Below, one piece after another: positions 25,691 to 39,096 of a stretch of DNA of 64,000 nt. Source of the DNA: Malacoraja senta (lineage: Eukaryota); assembly GCA_038087875.1 (NCBI GenBank), contig CM075999.1:1304001-1368000 (forward strand). The letters run 5' to 3'. The notes beneath the pieces are model-generated. The model saw nothing but the letters and a program-made list of their open reading frames with translations. It did not search any database and was not told where the DNA came from. The position numbers and the translations under genes are program-made. The stretch's first letter is position 1; each line of letters starts with the position of its first letter.

Positions 25691-28600
25691 TTGAACGACA
25701 GTGCATCACCCCCTTAGCAATGCAATAAAACGTAAACTCCTGGAATGTGGTGAAGCTGATCTGGATCAGATAGCCACTGCATGTGCAAAACAACAATCTG
25801 CCAGACCAACTCAACGGGTCGGGCAATGTCTGAGGAGGGAACTGGACAGATGCTATTTTAGGTCAAATCCCTTCTTGAAGACTCCTGACCTGAGAGGTGT
25901 TTCATTTAATTTACTCCCTCATGAAAAAGAACACTGAATGACGAAAATAGCCATAAGGTTAAATTTTAGTATAATGATCCATGGTGATACAAGGATGGAC
26001 CACAATACATGCAAGTAGGATCAATAAATATTTGGCCCTAGTCAATTACACAGCAAAGAGGTGACAAATGTTCAAGATGAAATGGACATTAAAATCGTCT
26101 GGCATCAATGAGTCAAAGTGGTTTACCTGTGTAGGAAGGAACTGCAGATGGTGGTTTACACCGAAGATAGACACACAATGCTCAGCAGCTCAGGCAGCAT
26201 CCCCGGAGAAAGAAATAGGTGACGTTTCGGATCGAGACCCTGGGAGACTGAAATGTCACCTATTCCTTTTCTCCAGAGATGCTGCCTGACCCGCTGAGTA
26301 ACTCCAGCATTTTGTGTCTGCAACTGACCCTAATCCTGTCCTGATCTGACCTCTGTCTTTCTGCCTTTGAAAAGTGTAGTCAATGGGATGCAACAGCAAG
26401 AACCATGGCTGCTTTAGCCCAGGTGGGCTATTGACACAGTGCTGAAGAAACAGCAAACTAACCCAGAGACAGCCAGGTGTCAGTTTGGTAAAAAAACCAC
26501 CCTGGAAGATTCACGGTTAAGCCGGGCATTATATTCCCTCAAAGATAAACACAAAATGCTGGAGTAACAGTGGTATAGGCAGCATCTCTAGATAGAAGGA
26601 ATGGGTGACATTTCAGGTCGAGATGCTTCTTCAGACTGAGAATCAGGAGAGAGGGAAATGAGAGATACAACCCAGTGGTATGAATATTGACTTTTCTAAC
26701 TTCAAGTAACCCTTGCTTTCCCTCTCTCTCCACCCCTCCCCCATCCTAGTTCTCCGACCAGTCTGACTGTCCTCTTGATTACATTTTACATTGTACACCT
26801 CGTTGTCAGCTTCCCCGAGCCAGCAATGATCTAATCTGCAATTTTTCCTTCAGCATTGTCCCCTTTGATCTCTCGTTTTCACACCTTACCCTTCCATATC
26901 TCTCATTTCTCTCCCCCCTGACTCTCAGTCTGAAGAAGGGCCTCGACCCAAAACATCACCCATTCCGTCTCTCCAGAGATGCTGCCTGTCCCGCTGATTT
27001 ACCCCGGACAGCGAAAATTGAGCTGGAGTGATTGAGTTCTGTTTGTTTTGTCGGTGTCTTTGTGCATTCAGGCAAACAGCAACAGCCCATCATAAATGAG
27101 TCTGCTGGAACAGTAATAGAAGCAATTCAGGCCGCTGCTCCACTGCAGCAAGAAATATTTACATAACACCTTTATATAATCCAAGCACATCTCAAAGCAA
27201 TTTGACGTACAGGGTACTCAGCGAGTATAACTTGGAAGGTGTGATGTCGAACCAGTGAGGTGAAATGCAATAAAAGCAGCTTTCATCTACTGCAATTGAA
27301 ACATCAAAGAAACTCTCAGACAAAATAAATAAATAATTCCAGACAAAAGGAAGAGGTAATCAAGCATCATAGAAACTGAACTTTCTAAACGACTTTTCAT
27401 CCACTCCTCTGATTTTGCTATTAACAGATGTACATATTGATGAGGTGATTGGGGATTAAACTCACTAGGCACGACAGGATAACAACTGTCCAGCTTTGCC
27501 ATCGCAAAGTGGATAACAGGACTGATCCATCTGTATTTAATCAGCTGCTGTGAAAGCAATCTTTCTACACCAATTATTCCAGGGAATATTGGCATAACCC
27601 AGTGTTGTTTACAATCACCGTTTAGAATTTGAATCGTATTCCTCATCCAGCCAACACTTAATAACCAGAAAGCCAAGGGCCAAGAGAAACAAATTCCCTC
27701 AGAAGATAACGTCAAAGCAAATCTAAGATAAATCCAGAATGGTGCCTGGTCTAGGGTGTGTTAGCTAAAGGGGGAGGTTAGACCGACTTGGATTGGTTTC
27801 TCCAGAATGCCGGAGGTTACGGTGAAACTTGATCAAAGTATATAAATTTATAAGAGGCATAGATAGGGTAGACAGTCAGAATTTTTTTCACAGGGAGGAT
27901 AAAATATTAGAGGGCATGACTTTAAGGTGAGAGGGGCAAAGTTTAAAGGAGTTGTGCAGGGCAAGTTTTTTTTTAACACAGAGAGTGGCGCCAGGTAGGC
28001 GTTGCCAGGGGTGGTGGTTGAAGCAGATACGTTAGTGCATTTAAAATACTTTTGGATAGGTATATGCATATACAGGGAATGGAAGGATATGGTTAAAAAA
28101 CACAAAAGGGCACAAAGTAACTCAGCAGGTCAGGCAGGATCTCTAGAGCACATGGATAGGTGACCTTTCAGGTCAAGATACGTCTTCAGAATTATGTGCA
28201 GGTAGATAAACGATGGTCTTGGCATCATGTCCGGCAGGACATTGAGGGCCGAGTGGCCTTTTCTTGTGCTGTATTTTTTATGATCGATGTAAAAGCAAAG
28301 GCGGAAGAGTGGTGCAGCTGCGGAGTTGCTGCCTTACAGCGCCAGAGACCCAGGTTCGATCCTGACTACCGCTGCTGTCTGTACGGAGTTTGTACGTTCT
28401 CCCCATGACCGCATGTGTTTTCTCTAGTTTCCTCCCACACTCCAAAGACAAAGGTTCAATTAAGGTACAGTGAAACTCGATTCACAATGCCGTCATACTA
28501 AAAAAAAAAGCAGGGATGACCACCACATGAGATGCACAATGTGAAATGTGTATGGATGCACAAACGAACAAGTTCATAAGACAGAGGAGCAGAATTAGGC

Positions 28601-28729
28601 CATTCAGCCCATCGAGTCTGCTCCATCATTCAATCATGACTGATTGATCTTGAGAATTATCAACTTTTGAAATGTTCTGTGCCACGAAACAATGAGTATT
28701 AAAAAGTCAGGTCAAGGACATAAGGAAGA

Positions 28730-29302
28730 TGGGAACAAATTGAACCCATCTCAAAAATTATTTTTAAATTATGGTTTAATAATAGCAAAAAAATTAATAT
28801 TGAAATTTTGGAAAAATACACCAATACCAACGCTCAAAATGTGGATTGCAAGTATGTTGGATACCGCACATTTTGGGGAAATGCGATTCCTCCTAATAGA
28901 TAAATTTGACCAATTCATAACGAGTTGGTCTCCATTTGTCGTCTTTTTGGAATCATATGGTGCAACACAAGTGTAAAAGCTAATCCGTGACTGGGTGAGG
29001 AATGGTCAAGATTATATATACGATCTCCTTACTTCTCTTTTCTTTTTCTTCTCTTTTCTTCATTTACTCTTTTTCTTCTATTTTCTATTTCTTAACTTTC
29101 TTCTTTCACTCTCTATTTTTCTTTTTCACACACTATATATCTCACATTTTTCTATTCTTCATTATCTAATTTCTTTTTCTTTTTCTTCTTTATTACAAAA
29201 TTAAAAAAATAAGAAGCTGTACATAAAATGTATTATGAAAATATGATTGTATACAATTGTACTTACTTCTAATAAAAATAAATAATAAAACAAATATAAA
29301 AA
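28730..29302 (+). mobile_element. L1-clade LINE 3' end (different subfamily from the 1607 copy)
   Basis: KKLILKFWKN.P.PT.KMWI..WSPF is homologous to ORF 4632-4877. T-rich 3' UTR, AATAAA and A-tail. TSD AAGGACATAAGGAAGA at 28714-28729 and 29303-29318. Confidence 0.9.
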
Positions 29303-30155
29303 AAGGACATAAGGAAGAGAGAGGTCTCAAATTAAAGCAGAAAATGTTAAGAGGCATTTGTGGGGAAAAGAAATAGAGTCAATGTTTCAGATCGATGGTT
29401 TCTGATCGAGCCTTTCAATCTGGACATCAAGCTGAAACATTAAATTAGTTTCTCCCTGCTGTGGATGTTGCCAAACCTTCTAAGTGTTTGCAGCATCTGC
29501 TGCTTTCATTTTAGATTTCCGCCATCTGCAATATTTTGCTCTCGTGGCATAATGACTGATAGTGCACTTGCTTACAGAAGAGTACATGAGCTGCTCCTTC
29601 AAATGGAGAATTCCAGAGACGTTTTATCATCAAGATAGTGGTAAAGTTTGCTTCAGAGACAAGTGTTTACAGTAAAAAGCATAGATGCTGGATATGCATA
29701 CGGGGGGATAATGCATTAAAAGTGCAGGAAGGAACTGCAGATGCTGGTTTAAACCGAAGATAGACACAAAAAGCTGGAGTAACTCAGTGGGTCAGGCAAC
29801 GCCTCTAGAGGAAAGGAATAGGTGACATTTTGGGTCGAGACCCTTCTTCAGACTGAGAGTCAGGGGCAAAAAACTGTTACAGTTTGAGTTCAGAAGTGGT
29901 GAGAGAAGGCATGCAAATCTTACAACACAACAAAGGTTTGGCTGGATTATCCAGCTTCTGAAGGAGGGTCTCGACCCGAAACGTCACCTATTACTTTCCT
30001 CCAGAGATGCTGCCTGACCCGCCGAGTTTTCCCAGCATTTTGTGTCTGTCTTCAGCATCTGGACCATGGCACGGTATAGCTTCACATTTTAGATCAGCCC
30101 AGTTCCTGCTTTTGATCTGAGTGTTATCTGGGGCACCAAATTAAAATAAAATGAA

Positions 30156-30311
30156 GATAGACACAAAAAAGCTGGAGAAGAGTCTGAAGAAGAGTCTCGA
30201 CCCGAAACGTCACCCACTCCTTCTCTCCAGCGATGCAGCCTGTCCCGCTGAGTTACTCCAGCTTTTTGTGTCCATCTTCGATTTAAACCAGCATCTGCAG
30301 TTCCTTCCTAC
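30156..30311. mobile_element. Penelope-terminus insertion with short inverted 5' arm and 14-bp TSD
   Basis: TAAAATAAAATGAA at 30142-30155 and 30312-30325. Contains CTGAAGAAGAGTCTCGACCCGAAACGTC. Confidence 0.75.
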
Positions 30312-30812
30312 TAAAATAAAATGAAAACTGTTCTCCAAAACAAAATATATTCTACCTGTGAGAGGAGGAGGAGGAGGAAGGAGAAAGTGGAAAGTTTACT
30401 GAACTATTAGCACTGACAACGTTCTCATGAAAACAATCGAGATAATTATATTGAACCGTCTGTACCGAGAATTGTGCTAACACCAGAATCTGAAAATGCA
30501 GCGTGAGGAAGTTGTAAGATTGATTCGGTAGGACATCTAAATCTTGCTTCATTGCGCACTCTTCGAAGCACGACATATTAATTAATCTACCTCAGGATTT
30601 GGAATTGCAGCATTTTCTAGGACAACTTTTTCGACTGAAAATTAACCTTTTCGGGACCGTGATACAATGGGTACTCAACCAACGCAATTATCCCACCAAC
30701 GCAATTAACCACTGACCCATTTACAACACCATATGTTTATATACTCAAAATTCATATCCCCCCCCCCACGGTATGATTACAAGGCAGTTTCACCAGACAT
30801 TGAGAGGAAGGA

Positions 30813-31118
30813 CACAAAATACTGGAGTACCTCAGCGAGACAGGCAGCATCTCTGGAGAAAAGGAATAGGTGACGTTTTGGGTCCTGACCCTTCTTCAGA
30901 CTGAGAGTCAGGGGAAAGGAAAACAAGAGATATAGATGGTGATGTAGAGATATATAGAACAAATGAATGAAGGATATGCAAAAAAGTAATACTGATAAAG
31001 GAAACCGGCCATTGTTAGCTGTGGGCTAGGTGAAAACGAGTTACAGACAATGAGACTCAACAAGATGACTTTGCAACTAGTACAACGGTTTAAACCAGCA
31101 GCTGCAGTTCCTTCGTAC
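30813..31118. mobile_element. Penelope-terminus insertion with inverted arms and 16-bp TSD
   Basis: ACATTGAGAGGAAGGA at 30797-30812 and 31119-31134. A minus-oriented terminus is followed by the plus-oriented extreme end. Confidence 0.75.
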
Positions 31119-32527
31119 ACATTGAGAGGAAGGATACCTATTTTTAAGGCAGACAATGGGAGAGAGAATGGATAGGCAATGTTGCAGGTCGGAACCCTTC
31201 TTCAGTCTGAAGAAGTGTCTCGAACCGAAACGTCACCTAGCCATGTTCTCCAGAGATGGTGCCTGATCCGTCGAGTTACTCCAGCGTTTTATGGTCTCTT
31301 TTACATGGGAGAAGCCAAACATAGATTGGATTCAATCTGCAGTGGAATCCAATCTGCGGTTGGCTTCTCCCCACTGTACCTTGGTACACCGTCGTGGCAA
31401 TAAACAAATCTGAACTAAACCAGTGCAGAAGAGACTACATTGACTGAGCTTCATTTGGCTGTATCTCTAATTGTGCATCCCACTCCTGCACTGACCTATC
31501 AGTCTGTGACCACCAGCACCGTGGCAATGATGCCCAAGGCAAGTCGGAGGAACAGCATCCAGTCACAATTGTAACCTTCTGGATTCAAGTTCAAATTCAG
31601 CAATCGTATGCAAGTCACTTTCTCAGTTTGTATCAGAATCAGCCACTCCTCCAATACTTGTAGTTAATCTCACTCTAGTTCAGTTTAGTTTATTGTACAG
31701 TGATTTTAAACAAAGATGGGCTCTAATTGTTCAGATGCGTAGGGTGAATAGATGAACAGTGGAGAGATAAGCAGAGAACACAGATTTTAAATCGATTGCC
31801 AAAAGATCTAAAAGAGAAATGAGAATATTTTCCAATCAGAGTGGGATCTGGAGCACTATTCAGGAAAATGTGTTAATTCAATAGACACTCTCAAATCCCG
31901 AGAAGAACATTGATGATTACAGATAAAAATATGAGCCCCATTCAAATTTGATTGAAAATCCTCACCCAAAGATGAAATGAAAGATCAGAGCCCTGTTTCA
32001 GCAACATTTATTTGGAAATTTAATGTAGCATCATTTTTGGGGGAAATTAGATTTAATTTGGTTTGTTTGTAAGTGTAATTAGCACAATCTCGTTTATTGC
32101 AAAGGTGGAACATAAAACTAACTCGAATTTGGCATTTTTATTGATCTGCTGCAGTTCTATATGCAAATTGTGCTGAAGTAATCTAACCGAGGTATTTAAA
32201 ACATTATAAGTTTTGCCTTAGATTGGATTGCAAAGTAAGAGATACACATTCAAAATTAATCTAGACTGCTCAGGAATTAAACAAGAAACATCTTTATTCC
32301 CTTGCACAGTGGAGTTTTGCAATCCTCTTCCAAAAAAGCATTGTGATTGGGGTGAATTGATTTTTTTGTTGTCTGACCTCATTAAATTTCATTTTGTATG
32401 CCTTGTCGTCAGTTTCCATTTGCTAACAATCTATTCTCATTTATCCTTGAACATCGTCTCCTTTGATCTCTCCTCTTCACACTTTATCCTTCCATATCTC
32501 TCGTATCCCTCACACTTGACTCCCAGT

Positions 32528-32555
32528 CTGAAGAAGGGTCTCGACCCGAAACGTC
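32528..32555 (+). ncRNA. Minimal type I hammerhead-ribozyme-like core (best-preserved of about 20 copies)
   Basis: CTGAAGA-A-GGGTC-TC-GACCC-GAAACGTC = CUGANGA + stem II + GAAA + palindromic ACGU + GUC triplet. Stem I is short; activity not shown. Confidence 0.55.
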
Positions 32556-32940
32556 ACCCATTCCTTCTGTCCAGAGATGCTGCCTACGCCCACTGAGTTA
32601 CTCCAACATTTCGTGTCTATCTTTGGAGTGAATTGATACTTTTTTTAAATATTGACAAATGCTGGAGGAATATTGAGGTAGGAATATTGAGCAAGGTGGG
32701 TCAGAGGTGGGTCAATTAAATTGAAATTATGATCAAGTACAATCTGATTGACTGGCAGAACAAGTTCAAGACCTTATCTAGTCTCTTTGTCATTATGATT
32801 CTTAGGGCTTTTTATACTCAGGATAAAAGATAGATGATATTCAACTGTTGGACTGACATAGTCTAGTTTCAATCCACAATTGAACAGACCAGATCAATCA
32901 GAGTGCTGTTCAACATGGGAGAATGTTTTCTATATTCTTA

Positions 32941-33455
32941 GTTTAGTTTAGAGATACAGCGCGGAAACAGGCCCTTCGGCCCACCGAGCACGCCGACCAG
33001 CGATCCCGGCACACTTGCACTATCCTGTACACACCAGGGACAATTTACAATGATACCAAGCCAATTAAAGGGCCTGTCCCATTTGGGCGCCATTTGCGCG
33101 TCACGCAGGTGGCGCGTGAGGATTTTGAGAATCCTAAAATCCTGGGGCGCCGCGCGCTACCGCGCGTCACTGCCTACGCCACCACATCTCACCACGCGCC
33201 ATGCGCGCGTAAATGCACGCCATGCGTAAATGATGTCGCGTAAATGACGCACAAATAACGCCCAAGTGGGACAGGCCCTTAACCTACAAACCTGTACAAC
33301 TTTAGAGTGTGGAAGGAAACCAGAAATCCCGGAGAAAGCCCACCCAGGTCACGGAAAGAACGTACAAACTCCGTACAGACAACACCCGTAGTCAGGATCG
33401 AACCAAGGTCTCTGGTGCTGTAAGGCAGCAACTCTACCGCTGTGCCACTTTGCTG
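32941..33455 (-). mobile_element. HE1-like V-SINE interrupted by a MITE
   Basis: Family motifs on both sides of 33069-33282. Confidence 0.85.
33069..33279. mobile_element. MITE, PIF/Harbinger-like, nested in an HE1-like SINE
   Basis: TIR AGGGCCTGTCCCA.TTGGGCG / CGCCCAAGTGGGACAGGCCCT; TAA TSD at 33066-33068 and 33280-33282. The SINE sequence ccaattaa|cctacaaacc resumes on both sides. Confidence 0.9.
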
Positions 33456-33939
33456 CCTTTCTTCTCCAATAAAGACATAGGACTAGAATTAGGTCATTAA
33501 GCCCGTCAAGTCTACTCTGCCATCAGTCATGGCTGATATATCTTTCCTCTCTCAACATCAGAAGAGATTCTGCACGGCATTGGAACAAAGCCAGTACAGT
33601 CCTCGGCTGGACTTCGTGAGTGAAATGGGAATCATTTTCATTCCATTAACAATTCACAGAAAAAAAAATGTGGAATCTTGGGCTGACTTTAGAACACAGC
33701 GCAGTGCAGCACAGGTTGAGGCCCTTCGGCCCACAATGTCTGTGCCAGCCTATACTGACTTTGACCCCAAAACCCTGAAATAAACGGCCAGCATTAAAAT
33801 CCTGCCATCACCTATTGTGTTGTGTTAATTATGCATTGTTAGTGACCTATGGAATCTGATTTTACAAAGGCAGAAGTAGTAAGCCGACTACTTTAGTTTA
33901 GTCACAGTTTAGAGTGACAGCATTGAAATTATGATGTCC

Positions 33940-34467
33940 TTATTCACTGGAATTTATAAGGATGAGAGGGGATCTTATAGAAACATATAAAATTCTTAAG
34001 AGATTGGACAGGCTAGATGCAGGAAAAATGTTCCCCATGTTGGGGGAGTCCAGAACCAGGAGTCACAGTTTAAGAATAAGGGGTAGGCCATTTAACACTG
34101 AGATGAGGAAAAATAGTTTTCACCCAGAGAGTTGTGAATCTGTGGAATTCTCAGCCAAAGAAGGCAGTGGATGTTTTCAAGATAGCATTAGATACAGCTC
34201 TAAGGGCTAACGGAATCAAGGGATATGGGGAACATACACTCATATTTGTCATTCTCCAATACTGCACGTTATTGTTTGAACTGCAAACTGTTGGCTAGTT
34301 TTCAAAAGAGTTAGATTTAGCTCTTGGGGCTAAAGGAATCAAGGGATATGGGGGGAAAGCAGGAACGGGCTACTGATTTTAGATGATCAGCCATGATCAT
34401 ATTGAATGGCGGTGCTGGCTCGAAGGGCTGAATAGCCTACTCCTGCACCTATTTTTTAATGTTTCTA
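33940..34467 (+). mobile_element. CR1-like LINE 3' end (two partial segments)
   Basis: MRGDLIETYKILKRLDRLDAGKMFPMLGESRTRSHSLRI plus the family tail. Confidence 0.88.
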
Positions 34468-34823
34468 TGGAAATAGGCCCTGCGGTCCACTGAGCCCGCA
34501 CCGATTGGCGATCACAGACCGAGATACACTAGTTCTATTCTAGCGACAATTTACAGGAGCCAATTAACCTACAAACCTGCACACCTTTGGAGTGTAGCAG
34601 GAAACCGCAGCACCCGGAGGAAACCCATGCGATCACGGGGAAAACGTGCAAACTCCGTACAGACAGCACCCGTTGTTAGAATCAAACCCTGGTCACTGGC
34701 GCTACCGTGTGCTGCCCCTGTACTTTTTTCCAACAGCGTTACTGACAATTATTTGTGTGACCACAGCGTATGTCTCCAAACAATACAAAACTACCGATTC
34801 AAATCAGTGTGGATCAGTGTCAC

Positions 34824-35160
34824 ACTTGCTCAGCTCCGAGTCTGAAATCGGCAGGTTCTGATACCTACTTCAGAGAATATCCAAGGAGGCATCTCTGCAC
34901 CATATTAAGAGACTTCTGCCATGTTGGAGTCTTGGTTTTCAGAAGATGTCAAATTTGAAACCCCATCTGAACATTCGTGAATGTAAACCTTTCCATTGCA
35001 TTATTTGAAGAACAACAGTGGCGTTCTCTTTCAGTGTCCAATATAATAGATACTCTGGTAATCATCACATAGGTGCACATGGAAACTTACTGCGTAAACA
35101 TTAGCCGCCACGTTTCTGCTGTGCAATAGTGACATTTAGAAAAAAAACTCATTAATTTTT
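34824..35160 (+). mobile_element. Ancient Deu-domain SINE relic (SacSINE1-like)
   Basis: GAATGTAAA..CCATTGCATTATTTGAAGAA..GTTCTC..GTGTCC and ..GCCGCCACGTTTC resemble the Deu-SINE consensus as I recall it. Related relics at about 44555-44980 (-) and 54860-55470 (+). Confidence 0.55.
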
Positions 35161-35180
35161 AATAGAAACAAGGAACTGAA

Positions 35181-35480
35181 GGCAGCATGGTGGCGCAGCA
35201 GTAGAATTGCTACCTTACAGCGCCAGAGACCCGGGTTGGATCCTGACTACCGGTGCTTTTTGTACAGAGCTGTACGTTCTCCCCATGACTGCATGGATTT
35301 TCACTGGATGCTCCGGTTTGCTCCCACACTCCAAGGACGTACAGGTTTGTCGGTTAACTGGCTTTGGTAAAATAGTAAACTGTCCCCAGTGTGTAGGATA
35401 GTGCTAGTGTATGGGGTGATCGCTGGTTGGCACGGACTTGGTGGGCCGAAGGGGCTGTTTCTGGGCTCTATCTCTAAAGT
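35181..35480 (+). mobile_element. HE1-like V-SINE
   Basis: Full-length copy; an opposite-orientation copy lies at about 34468-34718. Confidence 0.85.
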
Positions 35481-35489
35481 GAAGTCTAA

Positions 35490-35808
35490 AAGCCCTGTCC
35501 CACTGTACGAGGTAATTCAAGAGCTCTCCCGAGTTTTAAAAAAAAAATCAAACTCGTGGTAAGCACGTAGAATGTACGTAGCGGGTACGTCGGAGCTCGG
35601 GACGTCTATTAGCGGCTCGTAACGCTAACGGCAGGTACTCGGGAAACGCGGTAAGCTCGTGAAGACTCGTGAAGATTTTTCAACATGTTGAAAAATGTCC
35701 ACGAGAGCCCTGAGTACCTACGAGGGACTATTACCGTAATTCTCCGAGTTCGAATCAGGGGAAACTCGGGAGAGCTCTTGAATTAGCTCGTACAGTGGGA
35801 CAGCCTCA
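35490..35808. mobile_element. MITE, PIF/Harbinger-like (same family as 8882-9566)
   Basis: GCCCTGTCCCACTGTACGAG / CTCGTACAGTGGGACAG ends, TAA on both sides, long subterminal inverted repeats. Confidence 0.85.
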
Positions 35809-38800
35809 TAAAGATGCCGGTTTATGCAAAAGGACACAATGGTATCCAATTTTAGGTTAACCTCTAACAACCACCCCCCTCCCCTTTCTACCCTACTCCC
35901 CACCTTCCCTTCTCCTGTGCCTATTTCTCCCCTCCCCCTCCTCCGACATTCCTCCCTCTGGTTTCACAATTTGCAACAATTCAATTATTCTGTCTAATAC
36001 CTTTTGTTTTTATCTCTGGCCTTTGTTCTAACCATCTATCTATCAAAAACTATTACCTACCATGCTTTGTCCTGCCTCTCCTCTCTCCGAGCTTTCATAC
36101 CCCCCACCCCTCCCTACAATCAGTTTGAAGAAGGGCCCTGACCCAAAACATTACCTATCCATGTTCTCCAGAGATGCTGCCTGACCTGCTGAATTACTCC
36201 AGCACTCTGTGTTCTTTGATTAAATGTAAGGATCTTTAGGGAGTCTTGAGGTCATGAATGGCACTATAAATGCACATCGTTGTTTTAATTCATTATAATT
36301 GCTGAAGTGTATGTACAATACGAACCGGAGCATAATGGGAATGACAACAGTGACCTGCCTGGATGACCAGGGAAATTGAGGCTTTGGTCAAGAGTAAGAA
36401 GGAGGCATGGGACAGGTATAGGCAACCTGGATCAAGTGTATCGAATTTCAGGAACTAAGGAGCAAGGGAGAAAAGGATGTCAAAGGGCAAAAAGGGGATA
36501 GGAGATAGCTCTGGCAAATAGCATTCAGGATAATCCCAAGAGGTTTTTTTAAGCACATAAGGGAAAAAAGAGTAACCATTTAAAAAAAAATTAAATTCAC
36601 GCAAAGGGCGGTGGGTGTATGGAACGAGATGCCAGATGAGGTAGTTGAGGCAGGTACTATCACAACATTTAAGAAACATTTAGACAGGTACATGGATAGG
36701 ACAGGTTTAGATGGATATGGGCCAAACGCAGGTAGCTGGGACTAGTGTAGATGGGCATGTTGGCAGTAGTGGGCAAGTTGGGCCGAAGGGCCCGTCTCCA
36801 CACTGTAAGACTCTTCGACTCGATTTACTGCTCTTACTGACAGAGATAAACTGTAATGTAATTTTCAAATAGTTTCTTGGCAGTGAAGGGAGGTTAAGGG
36901 AGGTCCAATCTTCCTCAAACATACCACTGCTGACAGATTTCCGAGCTTGTTTGCAGCTAATACATACTCAATCATTCACCTCCCATACCACCACACTCAA
37001 TCCCCTCAAGGTGAAGAGACATTAGCACTAATGCATGCAAAACAACATTCAAAGCCTTAGAAGCGGCAAGATTGATGAGTTAGTGACCAACAACATGAGC
37101 TAGAAAGGAGTATGTCAATGGAAAATGAAGCGGATATCTAGAAAATGCAACTTGAAACAGCTGTGATAAACTACTGCTGGGAACCAAGGGACAGTTGGGA
37201 AGAGCTACTGTATACAGCACAAAAACAAACACTTCATAGAAACATAGAAAAATAGGCCATTCAGCCCTTCGTATCAATATGATCATGGCTGATCATCTAA
37301 AATCAGTACCCCGTTCTTGCTTTTTGCCCCCATACCCCTTGATTCCTTTAGCCCGAAGAGCTAATCTATAAATAATATGCATCTCAACTCATGCATACCC
37401 AAGTCATCAAGCACTTTCATATACAAAAAATTACATGTATCTGCACTGAGTGACATAGGTTAATTAAACAATGCAAATTTCTTTAGTCAGAGGGTGGTGA
37501 ATTGGTGGAATTCATTGCCACAGACGGCTGTGGTGGCCGAGGCATTGGATATTTTTAAGGTGGAGATTGACAGATTCTTGATTAGTACCCAGGGTTATGG
37601 GGGAAAGCTGGCGAATGGGTTAGGGAGGGAAAGATAGATCAGCCATGATTGAATGGCAGAGTAGACTCGATGGACTGAATGGTCGAATTCTGCTATGATA
37701 AATACATTTATGAATTTGTCGTACAGAATGTCATAGCTCAGCCCTTGTAATAAAACACACTTTCCCACCTGGGAAATGGATGGCAGAATGTGATATTTAT
37801 CACATTGTTAATGTGCAAGTTTAATTCATTGAGACTCGCTCCGAGCATTATTTTTCCACTGACCTCTGGAGCTGAGAGAATTAGGGCCATCAGTTATTTC
37901 AGTCTACGATGTATTGTGCCAGAGTTTTTTTTTAATCTGGTGCAGAATTTTTTAAAGTACAAGACAAGTTTTGTAGCTTTTTCAAGCTTTGTGCACTATT
38001 AGTTTAATATCACCTGTACCGAGGTACAGTGAAAAGCTTTTGTTGCGTGCTAACCAACATGAGATCAAATAACATCATGAGAGGAATATATTGGGTAGAT
38101 GCACAGAGCCTCTTGCCAATTATACATTACAATACAATAATACTTTATTAGCCAAGTATGTTTGCAACATACGAGGAATTTCATTTGCCAAGTCAGTCAT
38201 ACAAATAAAAAGCAACGGAACACACAAAATACATTTTAACATAAACATCCACCACAGTGACTCCTCCACATTCCTCACTGTGATGGATGGCGGAAAAAAA
38301 GTTCAATCTCTTCCCTTCTTTGTTTTCCCGCGGTCGGTGGCCTCGAGCCATTCGTTGACGGGAAGATCTTGACTGCTGTAGCCGGCGGCGTTTGGGCCCT
38401 CCACGTCGGGGCGATCAGCTCTCACATCAGGGGGATGTCAGCTCCCCAATCTGACCCCCGGGTCGGGGCTGGTCAAAACCTTCCGCGTCATTGGAGCTCC
38501 CGACTCGGACTCTTCCGAGACTGCGAGCTCTCGGTGGTAAAGTCCGCAGGCAGTTGGGGCGATCCCATTTATCTGCTAAATGTGACTCCATCTTACCTTT
38601 TAGATGGTTATATTTTGTTCTTGATCACAATCTTCCTTTGTAGACATTGGACTTTTATAAATGGCGCCAAAATGTGGGGACTCGTGCATGGGTGATGAAT
38701 GCAAAAAGGATTTCACTGTGCAGTGGATGTGACAGCAGGGCGCCATTGAGCCAGTGATAGATTAACATGAAGTAGACAAGAGGCCCACAGGCACTCTGAC

Positions 38801-39096
38801 AGGGTAGCAGTGTTACTGTTCTTATATCATGGTTTTACTTTAGTTTAGAGATACAGCATGGAAACAGGCCCTTCGGCCCACCCAGTCCACACCAACCATC
38901 GATAACATGTTCACACGAGTTCTATATTATCGTACTTATATCTCCACTCCCTTACACATTAGGGGTCATAATGCAGTGGTTTCTTTCGGGTCTACCTGTT
39001 TCCTCCCACATCCCAAAGACGTGCAAGTTTTGAGGTTTATTGGCCTCTGCCAATAAGTAAGGAAATAGCGGTTTCTTAACTTAACTAGGGCTTACT

